64,000 bases of DNA from Antedon mediterranea (Eukaryota; Animalia; Echinodermata). The notes beneath the pieces are model-generated. The model did not search any database. It was given only the letters and a program-made list of their open reading frames with translations, and was not told where the DNA came from. Below, one piece after another: positions 1-12,000 of this stretch; the first letter of the stretch is position 1, and each line of letters opens with the position of its first letter. The stretch is taken from NCBI RefSeq assembly GCF_964355755.1, contig NC_092676.1:1679788-1743787 (forward strand), given 5' to 3'. Made by a program: the position numbers and the translations under genes.

Positions 1-945
1 GATATCAAACGTCATACCAACGCTTGAAATTGACGCAAAATACAATCATTTATGGTCACTATTCTAGCGTCAGTTTAACGTCAAATAAAAGTTGTTAAGC
101 CAACGTCAGCAATTGTCAACAACATTACATTGACTTGTTCCACGTCATACAGACGTTGGCTAATAGTTGTATACGTTAAGTCTGATATCAAACGTCGTGC
201 CAACGCTTGAAATTGACGCAAAATACAATCATTTATGGTCACTATTCTAGCGTCAGTTTAACGTCAAATAAAAGTTGTTAAGCCAACGTCAGCAATTGTC
301 AACAACATTACATTGACTTGTTCCACGTCATGCAGACGTTGGCTAATAGTTGTATACGTTAAGTCTGATATCAAACGTCGTGCCAACGCTTGAAATTGAC
401 GCAAAATACTAGCATTTATGGTCACTATTCTAGCGTCAGTTTAACGTCAAATGAAAGTTGTTAAGCCAACGTCAGCAATTGTCAAAAATATTACATTGAC
501 TTGTTCCACGTCATGCAGACGTTGGCTAATAGTTGTATACGTTAAGTCTGATATCAAACGTCATACCAACGCTTGAAATTGACGCAAAATACAATCATTT
601 ATGGTCACTATTCTAGCGTCAGTTTAACGTCAAATAAAAGTTGTTAAGCCAACGTCAGCAATTGTCAACAACATTACATTGACTTGTTCCACGTCATGCA
701 GACGTTGGCTTATAGTTGTATACGTTAAGTCTGATATCAAACGTCGTGCCAACGCTTGAAATTGATGCAAAATACAATCATTTATGGTCACTATTCTAGC
801 GTCAGTTTAACGTCAAATAAAAGTTTGTTAAGCCAACGTCAGCAATTGTCAACGACATTACATTGACTTGTTTCACATTGACTTTATAGTAACAATTGTA
901 TTACTGGTTAAGTCGGATTTTAAACGTCGTACCAACGCTTAAATA
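1..945. repeat. 183-bp tandem repeat (~5 copies, AACGT/ACGTT-rich), probable left subterminal array of an EnSpm/CACTA-like element
   Basis: GATATCAAACGTC recurs at 1, 184, 367, 550 and 733, then decays by ~945; motif content resembles the 18550-19510 array. Confidence 0.9.
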
Positions 946-2259
946 TTACAAACATATCGTGTTTATTCCAAACTTGTTAGAGTAACTGATTGACAACTTA
1001 CTAAATAATACAATACCCCACATAGAAAAGTTGATTCAAACAAAATGCAATATTATGTTTTGATATGGATATTAAAGAAAAGTAGGCCTATATTCTTCTT
1101 TAGATTGTTTCTAAATATTTTTGAACATTAATTAGGACATCTAACTTTATATATTAAGAGAATGTCTGTACACTTATCGTTTGAATGCAGCTATTGAAAT
1201 GGAATGATTGATTTAATGATGGTCATCCTAATTATGGTTCCATTTAAAATAAATGGCGCCCCCATTCAAGAAACTGAATGTAATCAAAGATCTTATAAAA
1301 TTAATGAAAATACAAAATCTACAATTTACAAGGAACCAATTATTGGTATTAAAAGATAAATATTGAAATATGTACTTGGCTATTTTTCTAAACGGAAAAA
1401 TGCAACCATACCACCATACATCATAAATGCAAAATAAAGAAAAACGATTAAGTTCATTCCACTGATAATACGTTTAATTGCATTTTCATTTCAACAGCCT
1501 AACATTAAATTTATTTAAAAACATTTGTCAAGATAGATATTGGGAATACACCTCCATTTTTTCGCAATATAAGAGAAGCTAATAACGAATTGACAAATGG
1601 TCAAACAATAAACGGTCTCAGAAAACGATGTTATAACGTTCATGATCTGTAATGTTCGCTGATATTATAAAAACTAAAAAGTAGGCATAGGTTAAGTTTA
1701 ATTCGTAGTAAGATATATGTGTGTATTATATTATATACTCCAAAGTAACTAAATTCTACAGAGGCTTCAAATTTAATTTATGTAAAAATAAAAATTGTAC
1801 ATGAATGTTAATGAACTATTTGGGCTTATAAACTTATGTTATGTTATGTTCTAAATTACCGAACGTAAAACAAAAAATGATGAGATACAAAAATGTGGAT
1901 AAAGAAAGAAATAATGCGCAAGACATAAAATTAAAATAATACATTATTATGTAAGCAGTGTATAAATTGTTGAACAAAGTATTAATATAGTTCATATGTT
2001 ATATATTATTTGTCTTGTTAAATAAATTTGTAAGGCCCTATACTGTTATTCTTTAAGGAAAGTTGATATACCCTATTATTTTATGCCTATTAATAGTATT
2101 AATATTGTTTAAGTAAATATTTTGTCTAATTGCCTTGATTTTGTGTATAGGCCAATGGCATCAAATTTGTCTCAAAGCAAATTAAAGACACTTTTAGACA
2201 CATGATTCATTGATTTCTGATATAATATTCTGTACTTGTGTATGCATTACTAAAATAGT

Positions 2260-3720
2260 TATATTATGTTTCATTTATAATGTATGTAAACATTTATTCA
2301 TTTTTTTTAAAACAAATCGGTGCACTTTTTCTGTTGTTTTTGTTTAATTAATTTTAATTAAAATTATGACAACAATTCCTATCTAACCTAGATTCACACA
2401 AAAACAATTACTTCCTAATAAAATTGTATAATGGTATACATTACAGAGCATTGAATAAACTCGAGCGGAATATTAACGCACATAAAAAAACATTCATTTT
2501 CTTGTCGAAAAGTGCCCTCTCTAGTTTTCTATTGATTTAATAATTATTAATAATTAATTAATGGGTAATATTAAAATATTTTTAACTTTTAATGTTAGAA
2601 GTTGGTTCTACTCCTAACAAAGTTTCATATCTCCAAATTTCAACAAGGTAGACAAAGCACTTCAATAAATATCACATTTAACATCACAAATTAGGATTAT
2701 GGATTGAATTTTTGCTAATAATTTTCGATAAAAAATACTTTTCGTATTTAAAAACATTTGATACTTGGTGTGAATATTCAATATAAGTTGCTCTATCCAT
2801 ATTGCTAAAGAAAAATAAATATCAAACCATAATTCACTGATTGTTGTGATTTAAGTTTTTACAAAATTTACACTTATGAACGACCATACAATTCCAACTC
2901 ATTTTTTCAACCTAATAACGATTTAAAAAAAAAAAACCAACAGAAAAGGTTTATGAAAGCAATTTTGTTTCTGTGAATAGAGCAACCTATATTGAACATA
3001 TAAAACGAGTTTCAACTGTTTTTAAATACGAAAAGTATTTTTTATCGACGTTTTTTATATATGTTTTTAGGCAAAAATTCCTTCAATAAACCTAATTTGT
3101 GATGTTAAATATGATATTTATTGAAGTAATTAGACAACGTTGTTGAAATTTGGAGATATGAAATTTTGTTAGGAGTAGATCCAACTTCCTACATTAAATG
3201 TTAAAAACATGTTAACCTTACCCAATAATTAATTATAAATAATTAATAAATCAATAGAAAACTAGAGAGGGCACTTTTCGATAAGAAAATGATTATGTTT
3301 TTTATGTACGTTATTATTCCGCTCGAGTTTATTCAACATACTGTATTGTATACTACAGTAATATACTATTTTATTGGAAAGTAAATATTTTTGTGTGAAT
3401 CTTCTTGGAGTTCTTTGAAAGAGTATCCGCTTATACTTCTTTTCTTCAGATTCAACATCTGATTTAGGTCTTAAATGTGCACACACACTTCCTGAACCAA
3501 CATAGTACATTGAAAGTCAAATGAATTGTTTTAACTTTTTTTATTGAAAACCATCTGACTCAAAACATATTATCAGTGACAATAATAGAAAGGTTAGATA
3601 GGTTTGTTGTAATAATTTTTAATTAAAATTAATTAAACAAAAAACAACAGAAAAGTGCACTTTTTTGTTTTAAAAAATGTAAAAAAATGAATAAATATTT
3701 ACTTACATTATAAATGTAAA
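2260..3720. repeat. Long imperfect inverted repeat (foldback), arms ~2260-2800 and ~2980-3720
   Basis: GAAAAGTGCCCTCTCTAGTTTT (~2507) pairs with AAAACTAGAGAGGGCACTTTTC (~3258); TTTCATATCTCCAAATTTCAACAA pairs with TTGTTGAAATTTGGAGATATGAAA. Confidence 0.85.
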
Positions 3721-5056
3721 CATTTCGATAAGAAAATGATTATGTTTTTTATGTACGGTATTATTCCGCCCGAGTTTATTCAACATACTGTATTATTATA
3801 CTATTTTATTGGGAATACATTAATTTACACATTCATAGAAATATATGGTTCATACTTTTTTAACATAAATATTTAGCCATTTACTTTGATCGATACATTT
3901 ATAATTTATACCGATAATAGTACACCTATTATTGTATAGCATTACCATGTTTTCACCCATATTAATAATTCTGCATTTTCAATTCAATAATCAATTTCAT
4001 TTATTTATTTCAACACACATTTAAATCGGTGATTGACAGCAAAATAAATAAACAACAGGCGCGTATCTTAATACATGTATACTATTTGTAAATATTATAA
4101 ACAAAAAACATATATATAGAAAATGAAATGAAGTACATTTAGACCATTTTGAGCATATTTTCACTTATTATTAGGCCTATGTCAAAAACCGAAATTGAAA
4201 ATGATAAAAAAAAAAGCTGAATGAAAAAATATTTAGGCCTACACATGTTGCGGGGATATATTAAAAAATGATTTCGTAATTGGTACTTCTCTTTAAAATG
4301 TACTAATTTCACTATTTATTTTGTTTGGATTTTGAAATTATTAAATACGAATTATACTACTTTTATCCATATGTACTGTACGATATTTGTACTAAATCAT
4401 TTCTCCAAATAAATATTGTGTTTAAAAACTTAAATTGCTCTCTGTTTGCGCTGTATGCAACATTACATATACGCATTGGCTCCGGTTGGGGGAGGAGGGG
4501 GAATTACCAACCTGACGTTTATTACAATATCGGAGCAACAGATACTGTAATGCGTAAGTTCAACAAAAGATGCGCGTAGGCCTACACAGTGTTTGTGCGA
4601 AATGTGTGTTTCATTAAAAATGCGAGACCCGTGACGTGTTAAAACTCTGTGAGCTGATATTATAGTTTGACAATAGGGAATGGTGTGTGGGGTGCTACAG
4701 TCCGCAGTAAATTGGAGGGATACGTGGGACTGTGGGCAGTAGCGAATTAAAAGTTCACACCATATTAATTCTAAAAAATAATTGATGAGATGCTCTTTAG
4801 TTTTCGTTTTAGCTATTAATGTATTTCATTCAGCAGAACATTTTATTTAAATTACATTCGTATACCCCTTCAGTTAAGATACATAAAAAGTGTGTGCGGG
4901 TGGCCGTTTCGAAAACGCGGATGTTAAGTTTTGATGGATGTAACTGAACATATTTGGAGGTGCGAAAAAGTCTCCACGACATTGGCCCATCATGTTTTTT
5001 ACTTCATTTCCAAATAAACATATAGTGTTTTAAGGATGAATGATAAAATAATTTGA

Positions 5057-5324
5057 TTTTTTTTTATTTGATTTGAGTATTTAAAAACTTTAATTACTCT
5101 CTGTTTTTGCATACGCTGTTTTTGATACTTTATTCACATGCCGATGTAAATGTCCTTCAATCCTGTCGGTTGTTTACGAAAACCGAATGTCAATGCTTAT
5201 ATCGTAAACAACCGACAGGATTGAAGGACATTCGCATCGGCATGTGAATAAAGTATCAAAAACAGCGTATGCAAAAACAGAGAGTAATTAAAGTTTTTAA
5301 ATACTCAAATCAAATAAAAAAAAA
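5057..5324. repeat. Near-perfect palindrome, ~123-bp arms and ~22-nt loop
   Basis: 5057-5179 is the reverse complement of 5202-5324 with about 2 mismatches. Confidence 0.95.
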
Positions 5325-5487
5325 ACTCCTACCAGCGTGCAAAAATGCATTACTGTAGGTATTCTTGGGAATGGGATATGTAACTAATTCCACGTGTAAA
5401 TCGAGTCGACTTGACACGGATGCCCGGATGTACTCTCCTAAATGTTTTTAAAAAAAGCCAGAGACGATATATATATATAAATCACTT

Positions 5488-5524
5488 GCACTGATGAAGG
5501 GCTAGTGTTGGCCGAAAGCTCTGC
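5488..5524 (+). ncRNA. Minimal type I hammerhead ribozyme (Penelope-like element remnant)
   Basis: gca-CTGATGA-ag-GGCTA-gtgt-TGGCC-GAAA-gc-TC-tgc: conserved core, stem I gca/tgc, stem II, short palindromic stem III. Confidence 0.75.
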
Positions 5525-8177
5525 TAACTTTTCTGACTGTTTTACTTATCGTTTTGATTTAGCTTTCTCTTTTTTTTGTATCTCCATTGAGATCCAGCCA
5601 CAGCATTGTCATTTTTTCAGTAATTTGCCTTTGGATTTATAAATCAATACATACTTTAATGTCCAATCATACTCAATTCATTCTATTGAATGTTTTAAGT
5701 AGAATTGGGCAATTGTAATAATTCATAATTATATTATTAGACCTATGTACAGAAAAATGAAAGAAATGTATCGGTTCAAATATACAGCCCAAACAACACA
5801 TTTGAAATGTAACACAAACACACACACCCCAGACCCACTGTAGGTACAGAACATTCATTCTTAGCCGCCCGGTGATATAATTTAATTAACTAATTATTTT
5901 AAAACGATCATGTAATGAGGAAATCTGTGAGAATAAGAAAAATTTAGGAACCCTCGCTTGATATGCTGGTGCTTTCATAGTGTTTTTCAAATTCGACTGG
6001 GCATAATCAACAAACAAAAGCCCTAATGAGGTTTCGTAAAATAATACAGTGATATTTTATTTTACAAATACAATCAATTTTAGGATTTTCTTATACATAA
6101 TAGTTTGGTTCTTTATCAGTATTGGATAGTGTAATAAATGGTCATTAATATTATACATAGAAATTATTTATTTAATTATAAATAGAAAATTAGGCCATAT
6201 CAAATACCAGTGAACATCCATTTAGCCCGTTTGAAATTCAATCAAACCTATTTGGTTAATAATAATTTAATGAGTTCAGAATGTATACCTTTTTATCCGC
6301 ATACGATATTTGACTATGTATTTATGTAAATTATTTGATATGTTTTCCAATAAACAATGTACTGATTTTTGTTTTAACACTTTGCAATGATGAATGATAA
6401 AAGGGTCTATTTTTTGTAATTGATTTGGGTATTTGTAACTTTCCATAGCTCTCTGTTTTTTACTTTATTCACATGCCGATATGAATGTCCTGGAGTCCAA
6501 TCGGTCATTTACGAAAACAGAATACACTGTAATAAGCATGATTTGCATAGAATTCTCATAAAATCCTGTGTTTATATCTCAAAGGTCACTAAACAGTCCC
6601 AGAAGACAGATCATTCAAGGTTATGATATGAATGGTGAACTAGCAAATAGCTCAACATTTTGATTACAAAATGCTTAATTTAAACACAAAGGAGAATGTA
6701 CATAGGTATACAACTCCCTGGGTAGACATTCTGTGAACACCACTACTCGTAGATTTGAATGTATAGATAGATAAACAATATATAATGTGATGATCAATGA
6801 AGAATGATAATCTCATGTAAAATCGAAACCTTGCATTGAATTGACAATGATTTTTAATACAACAAATTCAATCAAGGTGCTTGATATAAATATTCTTTTA
6901 CATTTCACATTAACATTATACCGACGATAATGATGGTGTATAATTATATGTGACTTGGTGGAGACTCTTACCCCAACCCGGTTTATAAATTACAATTCCG
7001 TCTGCTGTATTGCTTATTGTTATTGGATATACTCTTGTTTTTAAACCGTAAATATTAAAAAAACGACGAACTCTTTCATGGTAAAGAAATAACCATCATC
7101 CATACAAAAAGATAGATCTCGCAGATTTTTCTTTGTTTAAAGGTTCATGTACAAAAATAAGGAAAAACTGGCATTTAGGGGTAATGTTGTATCAAAATAA
7201 TCTGATTTAAAGTGTACATTTGAACCATCTCAAGGATGTATGGTATGTGGATGTTGGTTGAGAATGAGAGGATGAGCTGAGGTGGGGTTGGTGGTTAGAT
7301 GGGGATTCAGAGATAATGAATCAAAATGAATTCTTCTGTGAAGGATTTAACCTGTGATTTCAATCATTGCAATCATGCATGGTCTCCATGAAGCAAATAA
7401 CTCTCACCCTGGGGCAGGTATTTGTGTCTGCTACCTTCTAATAAATATAAGAAGTCTGACAGTTTAGCATACCAGATGATTTTAATGCATTTTTATTTTA
7501 TACTTTACTTTTAACTTTATTAAATTGTACAATCATTTTCATAAATCATAATAAATAAATAAGTCTATATGCAGACTTTTGTACTAGGTTCTCCCAACCA
7601 AAGGGCCAATAAATTTACCTGTCATGGACACTTTTTGTGTGCTATACCAATTAAGGGATTGTGACTTAAAGTAAGATGTCATCTTTTTTGTGGCACGCCT
7701 AATTGGCGACAGAAGCTGTGTTAGCCTCTTTTGTTGCTCCATGGCGCAAAATCTAGCTATTTTTTGTATTGTTATGTTTGTATAATTGTTTTTGCCGAAA
7801 TTAATAAAATAAAATATAATAATCTAAATTTCTTCTTAAAGATGATGAGTTATTTCAGTTTGATCAAAAACTAACTCATATATATCAAAGTTATGCGATG
7901 AGGTCATAATTGCTACACCCATTTTACAATCTTAGTTTGTGTACATTTTATCATCGAGTTGAACAACAACTAAAATACAACTGTATCACACATTCATCAA
8001 ACAATACTGTATAAGTAATAATAATCCCTTCTACATTGTAGTTGTGGGCCCTGTACTCTGCTAAAGTTACTTTAAATACACGTAATACATTTGACATATG
8101 CCTACAATCATGTACTGTACGTGTACTTGAACAAAGCATGTATTTGTGTTTATTCTGCATGTTGTCAACCCCGATAT

Positions 8178-8373
8178 CTACTCGCAGTTTCCGACTCGCA
8201 ACTCGCACTTTCCGACTCGCAACTCGCACTTTCCGACTAGCAACTCGCAGTTTCTGACCCGCAACTCGCACTTTCTGACTCACAATTCGCACTTTCCGAC
8301 CCGCAACTCGCACTTTATGACTCGCAATTCGCACTTTCCGACTCGCAACTCACACTTTCCGACCCGCAACTCC
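8178..8373. repeat. 21-bp minisatellite (CTCGCAACTCGCACTTTCCGA), ~9 copies
   Basis: Direct tandem repeat; explains the 7-aa periodic ORFs in several frames. Confidence 0.95.
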
Positions 8374-9099
8374 TAATAGGAGTTATCGCGGGAAAAACGA
8401 ATACTGTAAGCCTATACTACAATGAATCATAATTTATCTGGACTCAAGAAAATAATTGAGAAGAATTGGGACAAGGTGGTGGTGATGGAACTGCAGTAAT
8501 TTAATTTGATTCTATTTTGTATCTATACATACTGCTCTTATTCCGTTCTCTCATTCGGCTAGGATTTTTGTCAAACAGTTCGTTTAATCTTTAATCATCA
8601 GGGTCTATGTGTACTTGATGTAATACTTTTTTGTATGGAATCTCTGCCTCGACAAAATGATGCTTTTTGTTTTTGTTTTTTATTTTTATTACTATATTTT
8701 TGTTTATTAAATATACGTTGATGTTTGATTTTGGTAGAAATAAATGTTGAATTGAATGTTTGCGATATACTATGATATGACCTGATGCATATCTGATGCA
8801 TATACAGTATATACACTTTTAGTACTGAGTGCCTATATTATTTGTACGTGTCATCTAGTTGATGAGCCTAGTACAGTATAATAATATATAGAATACAAAT
8901 CCAACATTCTTCAAAATTCTATGATGTGGGTAACATGGGTACCTTACTGTCAAACTACTTTACATTGCATTCGTTTATCATGAACGGATTGTGATTGACT
9001 TTCCAGTCCGCGAATGTCCTTGCCTGTTGGAATTTGATTTACAAGCGTGATTGATTTTGACGGTAGCTTACCATTGAAAAGACCAAAAAACATTCTAGC

Positions 9100-12000
9100 A
9101 CACGCTGTCGTCCCTGTATCACGCTCAGAACTTGCTGCTAAAAAACAGTGCAAGAAAAGATAAATGCTGGTGGCCTAATTACCGGTCCATCCAGAAAGTA
9201 AAACGTGCAATAGAAATACAGGAGAAACCAACAGAACTGTGGCAGGAGTTTGAAATACGGGTTCTAGAAGAGACAGGTATATTTTAATGTTCTTATTAGG
9301 CCCATACTTAAAATATTGGTAAAGTGTTTAAATCGGATCGTACTGGTCACCATAATTAGACGAAAATAATCATCATATTAGTAATTAGTATAGTAATTGG
9401 TAGTATATGTCTTCTTTTGTATAGCTACATATGAGAGGGTAAGGCAAAAACTGAAGAAAGCTACAGAAACGTCAGACTTAGAAACCACAGACAGTGAGGT
9501 TGAAATGCCCAGAAAGAGAAGGTATAAGACTAAGTACTTCATATTACGAACTATTGTACCCTTTCAGCAGCATTTTTCATTATTTGAAGGTTTTGATTGT
9601 TCATGTTATGTTAGATCTTATAATCAGCACGTCGTAACATCAGTACGAGCTTTTCCTTTAGTTAAATCAATTCATGTTTAGTTTGTGGATGAACTTCTGT
9701 TAATACTGTATGTAATGTTTTCTATGGATATTAAGGCCGAAATAAAGTTAAATGATTTACAGTAATGAATGAATAAGCACGTCAGCATGCAAGGTCCATA
9801 ACAATTTGAGATCCCATACTTAATGTTTATGATACAGTATTTCTAATTATTTAATTCATTTATATATTTGTTAGTTTACCTGCCAGATTTTTTGAAAGCG
9901 ATAAAGCTACAAGAACAAGCACGCCAGCCAAACAAAACTTGGGCCTACCTCCCGGCTTACCTGCTCTTCCTAATTTTGAGCCTGAAAATGACAGCATTTC
10001 TACCACCCCACCACTCGATGAAAGCATGGATTCGTACGGTATGTTATGTTTCTAGTACAGAGGAGGAGGGAATAGACAAATAGGCATATAGATACTGATA
10101 GATACAATAATAGGATCAAGGTTATATTGCACGTTATAATGTTACGTTTCATTTCTTTTTATAGCAAGTACGTCTTCACTTGAAACAAAAAGTAATGGTA
10201 AGAAATATTCAATTTTTCATCTATAATATTTCCATTTTATCTCAATATGACACACTTAGCTGTGGCTTGGTGGTTATGATGCTTGTCTACCAATCTAAGG
10301 GTCCTGGGTTCAAGCCCTGTCATATGTCAGGGTTTTTTTCTCATGACAATTTACAACTCCACTCCCAAAGACTTAATAATAAGTTCTTGTTTATGTAGAG
10401 CATCTTGTGCAATTTGCCTAAAATCAGAATAAATTTAAAAAAAATTAAATATAACGGAGGGAGACTTTTAGAATACTGTATAACTACAGCAAGCAAGTCA
10501 TTATAGTGTTCATAGATGTAACTGTTGGGTTTTTGTTTTTGTCTGCTTCAATGTAACATTACTAATTATTACAACATTTGTTTAAACATAAATAATTTAA
10601 GTATTAAGAACGTTATTTCATATCAATAGATCATGAGATGTTTACGCTACTTGAAGAAATAAAGGGCCAGGTGCGGCAAAATTCCTTGTTGTTACAAGCA
10701 ATTTTAAAAAGAGGTACCATGTCGGAGGAAGCCAGTGACACTAATGATGTTTTTGATTTGCCGGCGGCTTCAATGGATGACATCCAGAATATTGAAGAAA
10801 GAAAAGGCAAATCAAAAGGCCCTAGTAGGTTTAATATTTTACTTAAAATAATAATAACAACGTTCTCAATTAATTAATCATTCTGCTTTACATAGGATGT
10901 ATTCAAATATTTCAATTAATGTTAAACCAAATTAATTAATTTTGAAGGTTTGCATGGCGAAATCAAATTTGCGTTTTGTGCTTTGATCATCCTCATGAGT
11001 GAGAATGAGCCTCCTGAGGAAGATTAAAGCACATTGATCGAAACGTCGAGAAACTCAACAGTTCTTTTCAGAACTAATTTACGTGGTGTGCCGCAAACTT
11101 TAATCAACAATATTAACTAATGTTTTTCATCTACGTTATGTTGAAAATGTCTTGTTTTAACAATTTCTTTATTTTTATATTTTAGATTTTGCGATTATGC
11201 AGTCTTGGTGGCCACAATGAAACAGATGTCCTCAATAGGATAATGGGTCATCTGCTTTCAAACACACTTGCCTCAGAATTTAATTGGATGGGAAGAGGGG
11301 ATAAGAAGAGATTCAGAGGACTAAAGCTTTCAAAAATTGTAAAAGGTAAATACTCTAATAAACAGCACCCGCCATTCCAAGATATACACTGGTCCCAACA
11401 TTGCTTCGGTGATTTGACGAGAACTGGTGTTTCAAAGTGTGTATATGAATTACCGTCTGACTGATTTTGGACGGAGATGCACACATAAAATTGGATGTCT
11501 CTTCCTCGTTTTCAAAATAATATTTTAAAAATCTTATTTAGTATTATTAAAATAATTATTTCAAATGCATAATTGCTTGTTTTATCTTGCTAATAGGGAA
11601 GCAAGAGGCTTTTGATTATATATTTTTCACATGAGATAAAGTATTCTGTTGATGCACAATGTTTGTACACTTTGCAGTTTCAGCTAGAAGATCATGGACC
11701 GGAATGACGGAGGCCACATGTGAAAATAAAATAAAATCTTGGCTGAAATACAGCAAGGACAGAGCTGGGGGAAGAAAACTTAGGGAACAAAAGAAGAAAG
11801 GTCAGTTCAATAGTTAAATTTAGTATTTAAAGATGTTTGTACTTTACTTGTAAATCAGGTATCAAGTCATTTTAAACCACCATCATGACGGCAACAACAA
11901 TAATCCATGCTGGTGGTTATTTATTACGACTACTAATTTTCAAACTAGAATTTAATTCGTCTCTTTAACGAATTATAAGTGATGTCATTTTATAATTTTA

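Noticed and set aside
1-945. Centromeric or nucleosome-length satellite
   Set aside because: Only ~5 units visible, decaying inward, with motifs resembling the transposon subterminal array; not fully excluded because the window starts inside it
7951-8376. ORFs with RVASRK / FPTRNSH repeats
   Set aside because: Translation of a 21-bp minisatellite
8575-8605. Minus-strand CTGATGA hammerhead candidate
   Set aside because: No GAAA core or consistent stems
10258-10330. tRNA gene (also 21725, 40730-40803, 59270)
   Set aside because: A/B boxes are followed by unrelated bodies and simple-repeat tails, some with TSDs; these are SINE heads
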